DNA from: a virus
Virus record (IMG/VR): IMGVR_UViG_3300047560_001714
Span: 1-64,000 of that record
DNA length: 64,000 nt
Strand: one strand, 5' to 3'
The notes under the pieces are model-generated. The model did not search any database, was not told where the DNA came from, and saw nothing but the letters and a program-made list of their open reading frames with translations. Each line of letters starts with the position of its first letter. The stretch's first letter is position 1. Shown here one piece after another: positions 25,963 through 36,001 of the stretch. Made by a program: the position numbers and the translations under genes.

Positions 25963-26516
25963 AAATTAAAGAAATAATGGATAACTTTAAGGTAACTCAA
26001 AACAACCAACAAGGGGTGGAGCTTACCGGCGCTGATGGGACTAAAATGATAATCCCACAAGAAAAAATGGCGGCGTTTCAGGCTGATCCAACCAATCCAA
26101 ATAAATTCTCAATGAACCCCCAAGCAATGCAAGCGCAAACCAACCCAAATGAACCAGCTGGTCCTAAAGTTGGTGCTGAGGTGACGCTACCGCCAGAGTT
26201 ATCCCAAAATAACAATACAATGGGTTCAAACAATCCAAACCAAACACAGCAACCAAGCACTACCCCAGAACAAACAATGGGTGAAACGCAAGATGAATAC
26301 GAACAAGAACAAAATGACTTAATTGGTTCTGGAAAAGATGGTGATATTGGCGGCTTAGGTGACAAAACCGATGATCTAATTTCAGATGTTGAGGATAAAA
26401 AATTTACTCGTGCTTCAAGAGGTTCAGTACCAGAATCACGTACAAACAGCAATGTTAAGAAACTTGCAGAGGATGATGAATTGTCACGATGGTTAACCAT
26501 TGCGAGATTAAAATGA
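25959..26516 (+). CDS. Low-complexity Q/N/P/acidic hypothetical protein (MKIKEI start)
   Basis: ATGA overlaps on both sides. Confidence 0.7.
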   Translation: MKIKEIMDNFKVTQNNQQGVELTGADGTKMIIPQEKMAAFQADPTNPNKFSMNPQAMQAQTNPNEPAGPKVGAEVTLPPELSQNNNTMGSNNPNQTQQPSTTPEQTMGETQDEYEQEQNDLIGSGKDGDIGGLGDKTDDLISDVEDKKFTRASRGSVPESRTNSNVKKLAEDDELSRWLTIARLK

Positions 26517-26938
26517 CAGTAATTTCTGAATTAGCCAAGTATTTTGATCAAGAGTTACAACGAACCCTGCCTATTGTAATATTACCAAATGGGTCACTTG
26601 GGTATCATAACTTCTTAATTAAAAAATTGCCTAGTAATAGATGGGGTGTTTTTAACGTTAAAAGTAAAGAACTCATCAACGAATATTATTTGAAAAGTTG
26701 TGCGCTAATGTCAGCCAAGTTTTATAACCATTATCAATTTAATTTATGTCACGAAGTAAAAGATCTGGATAACAAATATTGGTCACACTATAGCGATAAT
26801 TTAGTATTTAAAATGAATATTGAAAACGCACCAGATGAGAAATATGCAATACTAGAGGCTAGACTATCAGAAAGCAGCCATAAATCAGCACATTATCAGA
26901 AAAGAATTTCTCAGCTATTTAAAACGACTTTCAGATAA
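26513..26938 (+). CDS. Hypothetical protein
   Basis: Start reassigned to the ATGA overlap at 26513. Confidence 0.65.
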   Translation: MTVISELAKYFDQELQRTLPIVILPNGSLGYHNFLIKKLPSNRWGVFNVKSKELINEYYLKSCALMSAKFYNHYQFNLCHEVKDLDNKYWSHYSDNLVFKMNIENAPDEKYAILEARLSESSHKSAHYQKRISQLFKTTFR

Positions 26939-26977
26939 ATACAAGCATAGATAACTAATGTTAAAAGGAACACTAAC

Positions 26978-27937
26978 ATGCAAATTAAAGATTTATCACA
27001 AAAAGTAACCAGCAAAAAGTTAAATGAAAGTTTAGCAAAAACCTTTGGATATAAATTAAAATTAGAACAATTCTCAGATATCCAATTGGAAGACGTCCGT
27101 AATAAATTACGTACTGAATTAAGCCAAATGGAAATGAACGAAAGTTATGATAATATTTTGGAAAATTCAAAATATCAAAAAACCCGTGCATTATTGGACG
27201 TTGTAAATCAAGCTATTTTTGAAAGAGAAGAAGCTGCTAGTATTGAAGTACCAGTGACTAAACAAGTTAGCGAACATGCAATGGCGACCGCAATTAGTCA
27301 ACGTGCTAAAAAATTATCAGTACCAGAAAGCTGGATTAAGAATGCAATTAAACGTATTCAATTAGGGGAGTCTGATCGTGCTGAATTGTCAGCAGAAGTT
27401 CGTTTACGTTACGACTTATCAGCCGAACAAGCTAGTTGGATGTTGTTAGAAGGCGAAGAACAAAAAGCTGAAAACATTTTAGCAACAAAAGACATGGTTA
27501 GTAAAGTTACTAACTGGATCGAAGATACCGCAGCTATGAAAGCGGATCAATTATTAGAACTGTTAGACTCTATAAGAGCAGAACAAGGCAGTGCAGTTTC
27601 AACACAATTCAACCAAGTTGCATCACAGGCATTAGAAGGTGTTTATACAGCATTAGTATCAGCACGTGAAGGATTATCACAGGCATTAGCATTAGTGTCA
27701 GGCGAACAAGAAGAAACAATGGGCGCAGAAGTACCAGGTGCCGGTATGCCAGGTGCGGAACCAGGGTTACCAGGTGAAGAACCAGGTGCAGAAATACCAA
27801 GTGCTGGTGGTCCAGAAGGCATCCCCGGTGAGGAAGAAGCATTACCTCCACCAGCCGATGAAGCTGGCCGTATGAAACGTGAAAGCATTGAATACAGCCG
27901 TAAACTAGGCCTTTTACTCAGCTCAAAAAAAAAGTAA
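26978..27937 (+). CDS. Acidic helical protein, putative prohead core/scaffold-like; ends SSKKK at a slippery site
   Basis: TAAATA 26936-26941 and AAGGA RBS; E/P/G-rich C-terminal linker; function inferred only. Confidence 0.65.
   Translation: MQIKDLSQKVTSKKLNESLAKTFGYKLKLEQFSDIQLEDVRNKLRTELSQMEMNESYDNILENSKYQKTRALLDVVNQAIFEREEAASIEVPVTKQVSEHAMATAISQRAKKLSVPESWIKNAIKRIQLGESDRAELSAEVRLRYDLSAEQASWMLLEGEEQKAENILATKDMVSKVTNWIEDTAAMKADQLLELLDSIRAEQGSAVSTQFNQVASQALEGVYTALVSAREGLSQALALVSGEQEETMGAEVPGAGMPGAEPGLPGEEPGAEIPSAGGPEGIPGEEEALPPPADEAGRMKRESIEYSRKLGLLLSSKKK
27925..27934 (+). other. Probable -1 programmed ribosomal frameshift site (A AAA AAA AAG, then TAA)
   Basis: Nine As then G immediately before the stop; the -1 frame stays open for 124 codons to 28308 with no ATG until 28120. 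Confidence 0.7.
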
Positions 27938-28308
27938 CTGAAAACTCTGAATTAGATGATCCATTAGTAAAAATCTTACTGTGGTTCAAAAACAAAGCCG
28001 CAAGAACTGGCGAAAGAACGCCAGTTCCTTGGGCAGCTATCAATAATGCATTATCGGCATTTGGCGCACCAGTTCTTGGTATATCAGATGAGGAATCATA
28101 TCAATCATTTGATAAAAGAATGCAATCAACTCAAGGTGGGGCACTTCACACAATTGCGGACGAAGGCGCATCATATGACACACATGGTATTTCTTTTAAT
28201 TCACCCACCGAACCAAATGATATGGTAAATGACCAAGAAGTTATTGACCAATCACATAGCAATGTTAAAGCTATGGCCGCATCTGAATTAAACCGTTCAA
28301 AAAAATAA
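27934..28308 (+). CDS. -1 frame extension (VTENSELDDPLVKILLWF...ELNRSKK) of the 26978 protein
   Basis: Translated by hand: no stop from 27922 to 28308; the track shows only the last 62 aa. Confidence 0.65.
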   Translation, partial: VTENSELDDPLVKILLWFKNKAARTGERTPVPWAAINNALSAFGAPVLGISDEESYQSFDKRMQSTQGGALHTIADEGASYDTHGISFNSPTEPNDMVNDQEVIDQSHSNVKAMAASELNRSKK

Positions 28309-28309
28309 C

Positions 28310-28338
28310 TTGACTTTATATTAATATGTCACTATACT
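28310..28338 (+). promoter_or_regulatory. sigma70-type early promoter
   Basis: TTGACT-N17-TATACT. Confidence 0.75.
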
Positions 28339-28344
28339 AATCAT

Positions 28345-29061
28345 ATGACATTATTAACAGAAAGATATCAATATACAGAAATAGACAGAACATCAGTTGA
28401 GGGCAAACGATTATATCTTTGCCCCGACGGTTCTAAAGTCCCCTCAGTTACCACAATCCTATCGGCAACTCAATCCCCAGAAAAAAAAGAAGCATTAGCA
28501 AATTGGCGCAAGTCAGTTGGTGAGGCAAAAGCAACACAAATAACAACCGAGGCAGCTGGGCGTGGAACTAGAATGCACAAGTACTTAGAGGATTACATAT
28601 TAAATGGTGAGTTAACTCCACCTGGAAGTAATCCATATAGTCATCAAAGCCATAAAATGGCTGCTAAAGTCGTATCAGATGGATTTCCTAATATAAATGA
28701 AATATGGGGGTCTGAGGTTGGGTTATATTACCCAGAATTATATGCCGGTACCGCTGATGCGTTAGGAGTTCATAACAATATCCCATCAATATTTGATTAC
28801 AAACAATCTAATAAACCAAAAAATAAAAACCAAATTGAAGATTACTTCTTGCAATTAACAGCATATGCAATCGCACATAATAAAGTCCACGGAACTAATA
28901 TTAATCAAGGTGTGATCCTAATGTGTGTTAAACCAGCAGAAATCTCCCCAGGAAAATGGGGTGAACCACAGTATCAAGAATTTATTATGACTGCTGATGA
29001 TTTCAAAATATGGGAGAATAAGTGGTGGGATAAAGTAGAACAGTACTATAAGGTTAACTGA
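28345..29061 (+). CDS. PD-(D/E)xK exonuclease (Cas4/lambda-exo-like)
   Basis: PSVTTIL, RGTRMHKYLE, YAGTADA...IFDYKQS and YFLQLTAYA motifs. Confidence 0.85.
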   Translation: MTLLTERYQYTEIDRTSVEGKRLYLCPDGSKVPSVTTILSATQSPEKKEALANWRKSVGEAKATQITTEAAGRGTRMHKYLEDYILNGELTPPGSNPYSHQSHKMAAKVVSDGFPNINEIWGSEVGLYYPELYAGTADALGVHNNIPSIFDYKQSNKPKNKNQIEDYFLQLTAYAIAHNKVHGTNINQGVILMCVKPAEISPGKWGEPQYQEFIMTADDFKIWENKWWDKVEQYYKVN

Positions 29062-29089
29062 TAAATACAAGATAATATGGAGAATTTTT

Positions 29090-29503
29090 ATGGTTCAAAC
29101 AGTAACAAGAGTAAATGGTTCGTCAACGCGAGTTGCAACATTATTCAACCCAAATGTAAACTTATATCTTATCACAGTACAAAATAGCAGCAATACCGCG
29201 ATCAACCTACAATTAGAAGACAGTTATGATGGTGATGGCGCGGGGGCGGATGTTGCATTAGTCGATGGCGTAATCGAATCTATTGTTAAAGAGATTAGTC
29301 CACTAGCGTGGTTTGCAAAAGCTGACACAACAGGTGTAATCTATGTTGTAATGGACAAAGCGATTAACGATGCGACCGAATTAAGAACACGTATTCGTAG
29401 AATTGGCTTAGTGGCCGGTGGAACTACAACGGCAGTCGGTCCCAATGCGGTTGATATTAGTGGTACGACCGTTACAGCGGCAACATCATTTACAGTAGCA
29501 TAA
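29090..29503 (+). CDS. Probable small virion structural protein
   Basis: TAAATA 29062-29067, GGAG RBS, terminator after. Confidence 0.7.
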   Translation: MVQTVTRVNGSSTRVATLFNPNVNLYLITVQNSSNTAINLQLEDSYDGDGAGADVALVDGVIESIVKEISPLAWFAKADTTGVIYVVMDKAINDATELRTRIRRIGLVAGGTTTAVGPNAVDISGTTVTAATSFTVA

Positions 29504-29506
29504 TAT

Positions 29507-29532
29507 AAAGCCCTAGTAACTAGGGCTTTTTT
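29507..29532 (+). terminator. Rho-independent terminator
   Basis: AAAGCCCTAG-taa-CTAGGGCTTT followed by a T-run. Confidence 0.8.
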
Positions 29533-29571
29533 ATATCCAAAATGTCATAAATATATTAAAGAGGATATATT

Positions 29572-31248
29572 ATGGCAGTCTATCAAGTATCAAAAATACA
29601 AATACGTCGTGGCAAAACCTATGGTGGCACAGGTTTACCACAATTAGCAAGTGGGGAATTGGCATGGTCCATAGATACCGCTGAATTATTCATTGGAAAT
29701 GGCTCTGTTGCTGAAGGTGCGCCACAGGTTGGAAATACAAAAATTCTAACGCAAAATGATCTACTTTCGCAAGGGAATCTTCTAAATCTTGCCTCCTATG
29801 CGTACAGAAGCAATACATTAATAACTGGAACTGGGGCAAATTTCCCCACAGTTCGAACAGTTCAAGTGGTATTAGACGATCACGTTAATACCGATGATTT
29901 TGGAACTACTAGAAACGGTATCAATGACGATACTGAGGCATTACAACGTGCAATATTTCAATTATTTTTAAACGAGGCAAACCCATCGTATGGCACTAGC
30001 ATTTCGTCAATAAAATCTCGCGTTGTATTAAACATGTTACCAGGAAAATACTTAATAACTAGTACAATTTATATACCTAGTTACACCACTATAGTTGGTG
30101 CTGGTGCTGACAAAACAATTATAAACTTTACTGGCACTGGTCCAGTTTTTCAATACATAAATGATTCGTCAACTATGGACGTGATCAGTCCAATTACTGC
30201 AACATTGGGTATCACTCAACCTAGAAACATTGTTATTGATGGCGTTGGCGTCAATATAACTAACAATTCAGCAATTGGGTTTAAACTAGATGCCACCAAA
30301 AATTGCATTTTACAAAACATAGCATTATACGGGAATTGGAATAATGTGGTAAATGTATCACATAGCGCAATCCAGTTAAATGCGTTTAGTGATATCGTGA
30401 CTTGTGAAAATAATACATTTAAGAATATAACAATAAATGGATTTACCTATGGCGTATACGCAAAACAAGACATATACAATAACACATTTGATAATATCAT
30501 TATTTCAGACAGTAATATGGGCTTTGGGTTAGGTATTGCGGCAAATGGTGGTTCAACTGGGGAAACATATGGACCCCGTCAAACAACTATATCTAATTGT
30601 AAATTTACCAATATTAAAAAACAAGCGATATTCATTAATCGTGGCAATGCTAATGTACTATCTAATATTAAAATGGTAAACGTTGGTAATGATGGTGGTT
30701 CAGCACCATTATATCCTCAAATATATTCAACCTACGCTGGAAATAGCATTTCACAAATTCAATCAGACAGATATGCCATATTATCTCTAACTACATCTAA
30801 TTACAAATATATTCCAGAAGTTAGTGGTCATGGTGAGTACTCGTCTGGTGCAACAATTACGGCATATATCGGGCAACTATCTAGTTATCAACCGTTATTA
30901 CGGTTACCAGTCACCACCGATGTATATGGGGTTGCTGGTGGTTCTGTGTTATTTGATATTTCATACATTTATAACAGTATCGGTAATTTTACTAGAAAAG
31001 GTACAATATCAATAACGGCTGACGTGGACCACGGGGCTATACAATTAAGTGATGATTACTTATTTGCGGGTACTGGTTCGAGTTCAACACAACTTTCCCT
31101 TGATTTCAAAGCTGGATTCTTAGATGAACTCGGTGCGGTTTATACTGGTGCGGTAGGCCAGATTGCAAGCACTATTGTATTATCATATATCAATACCTTA
31201 TCAGGCGACGCTGGTACATTAAATTTTTCATACAAAATGATGTGTTAA
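29572..31248 (+). CDS. Tail spike/fibre with pectate-lyase-like beta-helix
   Basis: N-terminal IQIRRG...LPQLASGELAWSIDTAELFIGNG anchor; DFG...NGINDDTEALQRAI and PGKYLIT beta-helix start. Confidence 0.75.
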   Translation: MAVYQVSKIQIRRGKTYGGTGLPQLASGELAWSIDTAELFIGNGSVAEGAPQVGNTKILTQNDLLSQGNLLNLASYAYRSNTLITGTGANFPTVRTVQVVLDDHVNTDDFGTTRNGINDDTEALQRAIFQLFLNEANPSYGTSISSIKSRVVLNMLPGKYLITSTIYIPSYTTIVGAGADKTIINFTGTGPVFQYINDSSTMDVISPITATLGITQPRNIVIDGVGVNITNNSAIGFKLDATKNCILQNIALYGNWNNVVNVSHSAIQLNAFSDIVTCENNTFKNITINGFTYGVYAKQDIYNNTFDNIIISDSNMGFGLGIAANGGSTGETYGPRQTTISNCKFTNIKKQAIFINRGNANVLSNIKMVNVGNDGGSAPLYPQIYSTYAGNSISQIQSDRYAILSLTTSNYKYIPEVSGHGEYSSGATITAYIGQLSSYQPLLRLPVTTDVYGVAGGSVLFDISYIYNSIGNFTRKGTISITADVDHGAIQLSDDYLFAGTGSSSTQLSLDFKAGFLDELGAVYTGAVGQIASTIVLSYINTLSGDAGTLNFSYKMMC

Positions 31249-31250
31249 AC

Positions 31251-31279
31251 TTGACATTATCATAATAATAGTATATAAT
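31251..31279 (+). promoter_or_regulatory. sigma70-type early promoter of nrdA
   Basis: TTGACA-N17-TATAAT; a second, late TAAATA motif at 31372-31377. Confidence 0.85.
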
Positions 31280-31287
31280 TCACAATA

Positions 31288-31315
31288 GTTCTTGGATATA
31301 CCTATATCCAAGAAC
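31288..31315. repeat. Perfect 13-bp inverted repeat in nrdA leader
   Basis: GTTCTTGGATATA-cc-TATATCCAAGAAC. Confidence 0.9.
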
Positions 31316-31417
31316 CTCACCCCAATTCTGACAGGATTGCCAGATTTACATCAATTCTCTAATATAACCACTAAATACTTTCACCGAATTTATATAGTGA
31401 ATAGAGAGCAACATCAT

Positions 31418-33736
31418 ATGGATATGAATAAAATTACAGTAATCAAAAGAAACGGGCAAAAAGCACCGTTGACCATTGAAAAATGGCAAGCTCAAATAGC
31501 TAATGTATGCAGTGGTATCGCAGACGTTAGCCAATCAATGATTGAAATCAAAAGTCAACCACATTATTATGACGGTATCACAACACGAGAGATCGATGAG
31601 GTAACCTTACGAGCAATCGTGGATTTAATCGATGTCGAGGCTAATCCAGATATCGGACATACAAATTACCAATACGTAGCAGGCAAGCACAGATTGTCTA
31701 TGTTACGTAAAGATGTATATGGTCAGTATGAACCATTACATATATATGACATAGTTCAAAAAAATATTAAATTAGGATTATATACCCCTGAACTTTTAGA
31801 ATGGTATTCTAAAGAGGAATGGGATAAAATTGAAAGTTTTATTGATCACTCAAAAGATGAACAATACTCGTATGCGGCAATTGAACAACTAATTGAAAAA
31901 TACTTAGTTCGCAATCGTGCAACAAACGAGGTGTTCGAAACTCCACAAATCAGATACATGATAGCAGCAGCAACGGTATTCCACAAAGAGGAGCCGAACT
32001 CTGCTAGAATGAAATTTATTAAGGAATATTATAATGCAGCGTCGGATGGTCTCTTCACTCTTGCCACTCCTGTTCTTGCTGGTCTTGGAACTCCAACAAA
32101 ACAATTTTCTTCTTGCGTCCTTATTAGGAGTGCCGACGATCTTGACAGTATATTTGCTTCTGGTGAGATGATGGCAAAATATGCTAGCAAGCGTGCTGGC
32201 ATAGGTTTAGAAGTCGGCAGATTACGTCCACTTGGCTCACCAATTCGTAATGGTGAAATCATGCACACTGGTTACATTCCATTTTTAAAGAAATGGTTAG
32301 GTGACCTCAAATCTTGCTCACAGGGCGGAATTCGTAACGCAAGTTGTACGACATTCTACCCAATTTGGCATTACCAATTTGACGACTTAATTGTTCTCAA
32401 AAATAACCAAGGAACTGAGGAAACTCGTGTTAGACACCTTGATTACGGGGTTGTCCTATCTGGATTTTTCTGGCGTAGATTTAAAAATCGTGAAAATATC
32501 ACATTCTTTGATCCAAACCAAGTACCAGATTTATATGAAGCATTCTATCAAGATTCTAATTTATTTGAGGAACTTTATGTAAAGTATGAAAAACGTAAAG
32601 ACCTTCGTAAAAAAACAATGAGTGCCGAGGAGGTATTCAAAGGTGGTGTATTAAAAGAACGCTCTGATACTGGTCGCATTTACTTAGTCAATATTGACAA
32701 CGTAATGAACCAAGGTGCGTTTGATCCATTAGTGCATACAGTATACCAATCCAATCTCTGTGTTGAAATTGTATTACCAACCAAACCATTTAAACGGTTA
32801 GACGATGCCGATGGGCGTATTGCTTTATGCACGTTGGGAAGTATTAATTGGGGTGCTTTCAGAAACCCAGAAGATATGCGCCGTTCAGCTAGATTGTTAC
32901 ACCGCAGTTTAAACAATATCTTAGATTACCAAGATTTCCTAAGTATTCAAAGTGAGCTTAGTAACCTAGAAATTAGACCAATTGGTATTGGTATCACTAA
33001 CTTAGCATACTGGGCAGCTAAACGTAATTACAAATACGGCGAAGCTGATATGCTAGCCGAAGTTAAAACATGGATTGAACATCAAATGTTCTATTTGACT
33101 GAATCTAGTGTTGAATTAGCTGAAGATCGTGGACCGTGTTTACATAGCCATTTGACTCGATATGGACAAGGTATTTTTCCGTGGGAAAATCGTGCCGCTG
33201 GTGTAAATGAGTTAACCGATTTCACACCAGAAATTGACTGGGAACCATTACGCGAAAGAATGAAAAAATCTGGTGTACGCAACGCTGTTAATGGTGCAAT
33301 TGCGCCTGTTGAATCTAGCTCAGTTGTTATCAATTCAACCAATGGTATCGAAATGCCTATGCAATTGATTCAAACAAAAGAATCAAAAGCCGCTTCGTTA
33401 ACACAAGTTGTTCCAGAATTCCATAAACTAAAAAACAAGTATCAATTGTTATGGGACCAAACTGATTGTATAGGTTATTTGAAAACTGCAGCCGTATTAG
33501 CAGCATACATCGACCAAAGTATTTCTACTAATACGTTCTATAATCCAGCACATTTTGAAAATAGAAAAGTCCCAGCAACCCTAATTGCTAAAAACTTAAT
33601 GTTATTCCAAAAATGGGGCGGAAAAACTGTATACTACAGTCTTATCAATAAACAAGGTTCAAAAGCCGATGACGTTGAATTACCAAGCAGTGTTGTTGAT
33701 GATTTTGATGATGATTGTGAAGCATGTAAATTATGA
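31418..33736 (+). CDS. nrdA: Ribonucleoside-diphosphate reductase class Ia alpha subunit
   Basis: N-terminal ATP cone (VIKRNG); TPTKQFSSCVL, QSNLCVEI, LCTLGSINW, APVESSS and C-terminal CEACKL; start reassigned to 31418/31424. Confidence 0.95.
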   Translation: MDMNKITVIKRNGQKAPLTIEKWQAQIANVCSGIADVSQSMIEIKSQPHYYDGITTREIDEVTLRAIVDLIDVEANPDIGHTNYQYVAGKHRLSMLRKDVYGQYEPLHIYDIVQKNIKLGLYTPELLEWYSKEEWDKIESFIDHSKDEQYSYAAIEQLIEKYLVRNRATNEVFETPQIRYMIAAATVFHKEEPNSARMKFIKEYYNAASDGLFTLATPVLAGLGTPTKQFSSCVLIRSADDLDSIFASGEMMAKYASKRAGIGLEVGRLRPLGSPIRNGEIMHTGYIPFLKKWLGDLKSCSQGGIRNASCTTFYPIWHYQFDDLIVLKNNQGTEETRVRHLDYGVVLSGFFWRRFKNRENITFFDPNQVPDLYEAFYQDSNLFEELYVKYEKRKDLRKKTMSAEEVFKGGVLKERSDTGRIYLVNIDNVMNQGAFDPLVHTVYQSNLCVEIVLPTKPFKRLDDADGRIALCTLGSINWGAFRNPEDMRRSARLLHRSLNNILDYQDFLSIQSELSNLEIRPIGIGITNLAYWAAKRNYKYGEADMLAEVKTWIEHQMFYLTESSVELAEDRGPCLHSHLTRYGQGIFPWENRAAGVNELTDFTPEIDWEPLRERMKKSGVRNAVNGAIAPVESSSVVINSTNGIEMPMQLIQTKESKAASLTQVVPEFHKLKNKYQLLWDQTDCIGYLKTAAVLAAYIDQSISTNTFYNPAHFENRKVPATLIAKNLMLFQKWGGKTVYYSLINKQGSKADDVELPSSVVDDFDDDCEACKL

Positions 33737-33756
33737 AAACTATATCATAGGATAAT

Positions 33757-34041
33757 ATGAAATTCTTTTCAACCCAAACTCGTCGTGAAGGCGATGTTTT
33801 AAAAATTAACTCAATTTTTACTTGGGGCAGGAGTATCAGCCCAACCAACGAACCAGATGGATGGTACTTTATAGTATCATTCCCATTTGGGATTACTAGA
33901 AACTATACCGACCCATGCACGTTTAAACCAAAGATTGGTAAATGTTATTATACTATTATGTTTAGACGTAGATACAAATATGAACAAATATTTGTAGCTA
34001 AGATGTGGCGACCACTTACACAGGAACTTGCAAATGGATGA
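33757..34041 (+). CDS. Hypothetical protein between nrdA and nrdB
   Basis: AGGA RBS; overlap with next ORF. Confidence 0.55.
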   Translation: MKFFSTQTRREGDVLKINSIFTWGRSISPTNEPDGWYFIVSFPFGITRNYTDPCTFKPKIGKCYYTIMFRRRYKYEQIFVAKMWRPLTQELANG

Positions 34042-34225
34042 CGCAGAAAATTTAGCAGAAATCGCAAAACAATTAAAAGATAAATTAAAATACTGGGGAG
34101 TACCCGATGATTTCTATATAGAAGATGAAGCAAAAGAGTTTATTCTGACTGCACTATCATCGGAAAAGATATCAAGTGTTTACATAGACAAAGACAATGG
34201 ACTTTGCATCGACGAATTTGAATAA
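34028..34225 (+). CDS. Hypothetical acidic protein
   Basis: 65-aa ORF in operon order. Confidence 0.55.
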   Translation: MQMDDAENLAEIAKQLKDKLKYWGVPDDFYIEDEAKEFILTALSSEKISSVYIDKDNGLCIDEFE

Positions 34226-34235
34226 AGGAATATAC

Positions 34236-35336
34236 ATGTCAGATCAACAATACGATTTAAATACAAAAACTGATTATCTTCAACGTAAGATGTTCCTTGA
34301 CCCAGCTGGTCCAGTAACCATTCAACGCTTTGAAGAAGTTAAGTACAACAAACTTGCAAAGTTTGAGCAAACTCAACGTGGATTCTTTTGGATTCCAGAA
34401 GAAATCAATTTGTCAAAAGATGCCAATGATTTCAAAGATGCAAGCGACGCGGTTAAACATATTTTTACCAGTAACTTACTACGCCAAACCGCACTAGATA
34501 GTCTACAAGGCCGCGCACCTGTTCAAATTTTCAGTCCAGTTGCTAGTATCCCAGAACTTGAGGCATTAGTATCTATATGGTCGATGTTTGAAACCAACAT
34601 CCATAGTCGTAGTTATAGTCATATTATTAGAAATATCTATTCAATACCAAAAGACGTATTTAATACTATTCACAATACACAAGAAATCATTGATATGGCA
34701 TCTAGTGTTGGTAAATACTATAACAGACTACACAAACTTAATTGTCAAAAAGAATGTGGAATTGATGTTCCTATTAAAGAACATATTAAAGCAATTTGGT
34801 TGGCACTTCATGCAAGTTATGCGTTAGAAGCATTCAGATTTATGGTTTCATTTGCAACTAGTTTAGCAATGGTGGAAAACAAATTATTCATCGGCAATGG
34901 TAATATTATTGCGCTGATCTTACAAGATGAATTATTACATCGAGACTGGACTGCGTTTCTTATTAACCAAGTCATCAAAGAAGATAACAGATTCTTAGAA
35001 ATTAAAGATGAATGCGAAGCTGAGGTATATGGGATGTACATGGATGTTATCCGTGAAGAAAAAGCATGGGCAGATTACCTGTTCCAGAAAGGTCCAGTTA
35101 TTGGACTTAACGCAAACATTTTATGTGATTTTGTTGATTACACCGCTGTTGCAGCATTAAAAGAGGTTGGTATTAAATATTTAGGCACAGCACCTAAAAC
35201 AACACCAATCCCTTGGTTCAATAAGCATAGTGATCCAAGCAAAAAACAAACTGCACTCCAAGAAAGTGAGAGTGTAAACTACGTCATTGGCGTAATGAGC
35301 GACGAACTTGATTACGACGCTCTACCAGCAATATAA
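34236..35336 (+). CDS. nrdB: Ribonucleoside-diphosphate reductase class Ia beta subunit
   Basis: FFWIPEEINL, ETNIHSRSYSH, ALEAFRFMVSF and DELLH di-iron/tyrosyl-radical motifs; start MSDQQY at 34236 after AAGGA. Confidence 0.95.
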   Translation: MSDQQYDLNTKTDYLQRKMFLDPAGPVTIQRFEEVKYNKLAKFEQTQRGFFWIPEEINLSKDANDFKDASDAVKHIFTSNLLRQTALDSLQGRAPVQIFSPVASIPELEALVSIWSMFETNIHSRSYSHIIRNIYSIPKDVFNTIHNTQEIIDMASSVGKYYNRLHKLNCQKECGIDVPIKEHIKAIWLALHASYALEAFRFMVSFATSLAMVENKLFIGNGNIIALILQDELLHRDWTAFLINQVIKEDNRFLEIKDECEAEVYGMYMDVIREEKAWADYLFQKGPVIGLNANILCDFVDYTAVAALKEVGIKYLGTAPKTTPIPWFNKHSDPSKKQTALQESESVNYVIGVMSDELDYDALPAI

Positions 35337-35345
35337 GGAAATAAT

Positions 35346-35816
35346 ATGGCTAATTTTAAAAGTGAATTACTTGTCGAAAAAAGTAAATTAGAAAAAATGA
35401 TTGCAGAATGTTCTGCAAGCGATGCCGCGTGGGAGCTGCATAGAGTGGCTGGATTAAAAGCCAACTTAGCTGCGTGTGAGAAAAAACTTAAAATTATCGA
35501 AGATGACGCACACCAAGTGGTGGTGGATGAAATGAAATATTTTGTCAACCTTAACCGCGAACTTGATTCAAAATATAGTTGCAGAACCGTTCGTGCATTA
35601 TATGCAATCGCTGAGTGGTGTGAAAAACCACGTTCTCATAGTATCGCTACTTGGTGCCGTGATTTTGCTATGAAAAAAATTCATGCACCAGTTTGCTCGA
35701 TTGGTAAACCACCAGCTGCTAAATACAAGAAACCAGAAATTATTGGTACTATCTCTGATAGGGAAAAAGATGCCCTTATTGCCAGAGATATAATTGATAT
35801 AGTAGCAAAAGGATAA
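35346..35816 (+). CDS. Hypothetical protein
   Basis: AAGGA RBS, 156 aa. Confidence 0.6.
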   Translation: MANFKSELLVEKSKLEKMIAECSASDAAWELHRVAGLKANLAACEKKLKIIEDDAHQVVVDEMKYFVNLNRELDSKYSCRTVRALYAIAEWCEKPRSHSIATWCRDFAMKKIHAPVCSIGKPPAAKYKKPEIIGTISDREKDALIARDIIDIVAKG

Positions 35817-35825
35817 GGAAAAATT

Positions 35826-35993
35826 ATGGCAAAGATTCAAGAAGAAATTTATGTTTTACGTTTAAGCAAATTAGTTAGAGATGATACTAACGATGTATCA
35901 AAAATTGCGGATATCAACTTTAATGATAATATCGCAGCAGTTGCACAAGAATTACTTGGCGCTGGTGTAATGGTTGAAGTGATTAAAGAATAG
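35826..35993 (+). CDS. Small hypothetical protein MAKIQEEIYVLRLSKLV...VEVIKE (55 aa, not in ORF track)
   Basis: AAGGA RBS, hand-translated, fills the gap before the glutaredoxin. Confidence 0.7.
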   Translation: MAKIQEEIYVLRLSKLVRDDTNDVSKIADINFNDNIAAVAQELLGAGVMVEVIKE

Positions 35994-36001
35994 AGGGTAA
36001 C

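Noticed and set aside
28046-28228. 60-aa ORF MHYRHLAHQ... in another frame
   Set aside because: Overlaps the longer open -1 frame, has no RBS and has an atypical composition
33757-34225. Homing endonuclease or intron between nrdA and nrdB
   Set aside because: The two small ORFs show no HNH, GIY-YIG or LAGLIDADG motif, and both nrd genes are uninterrupted
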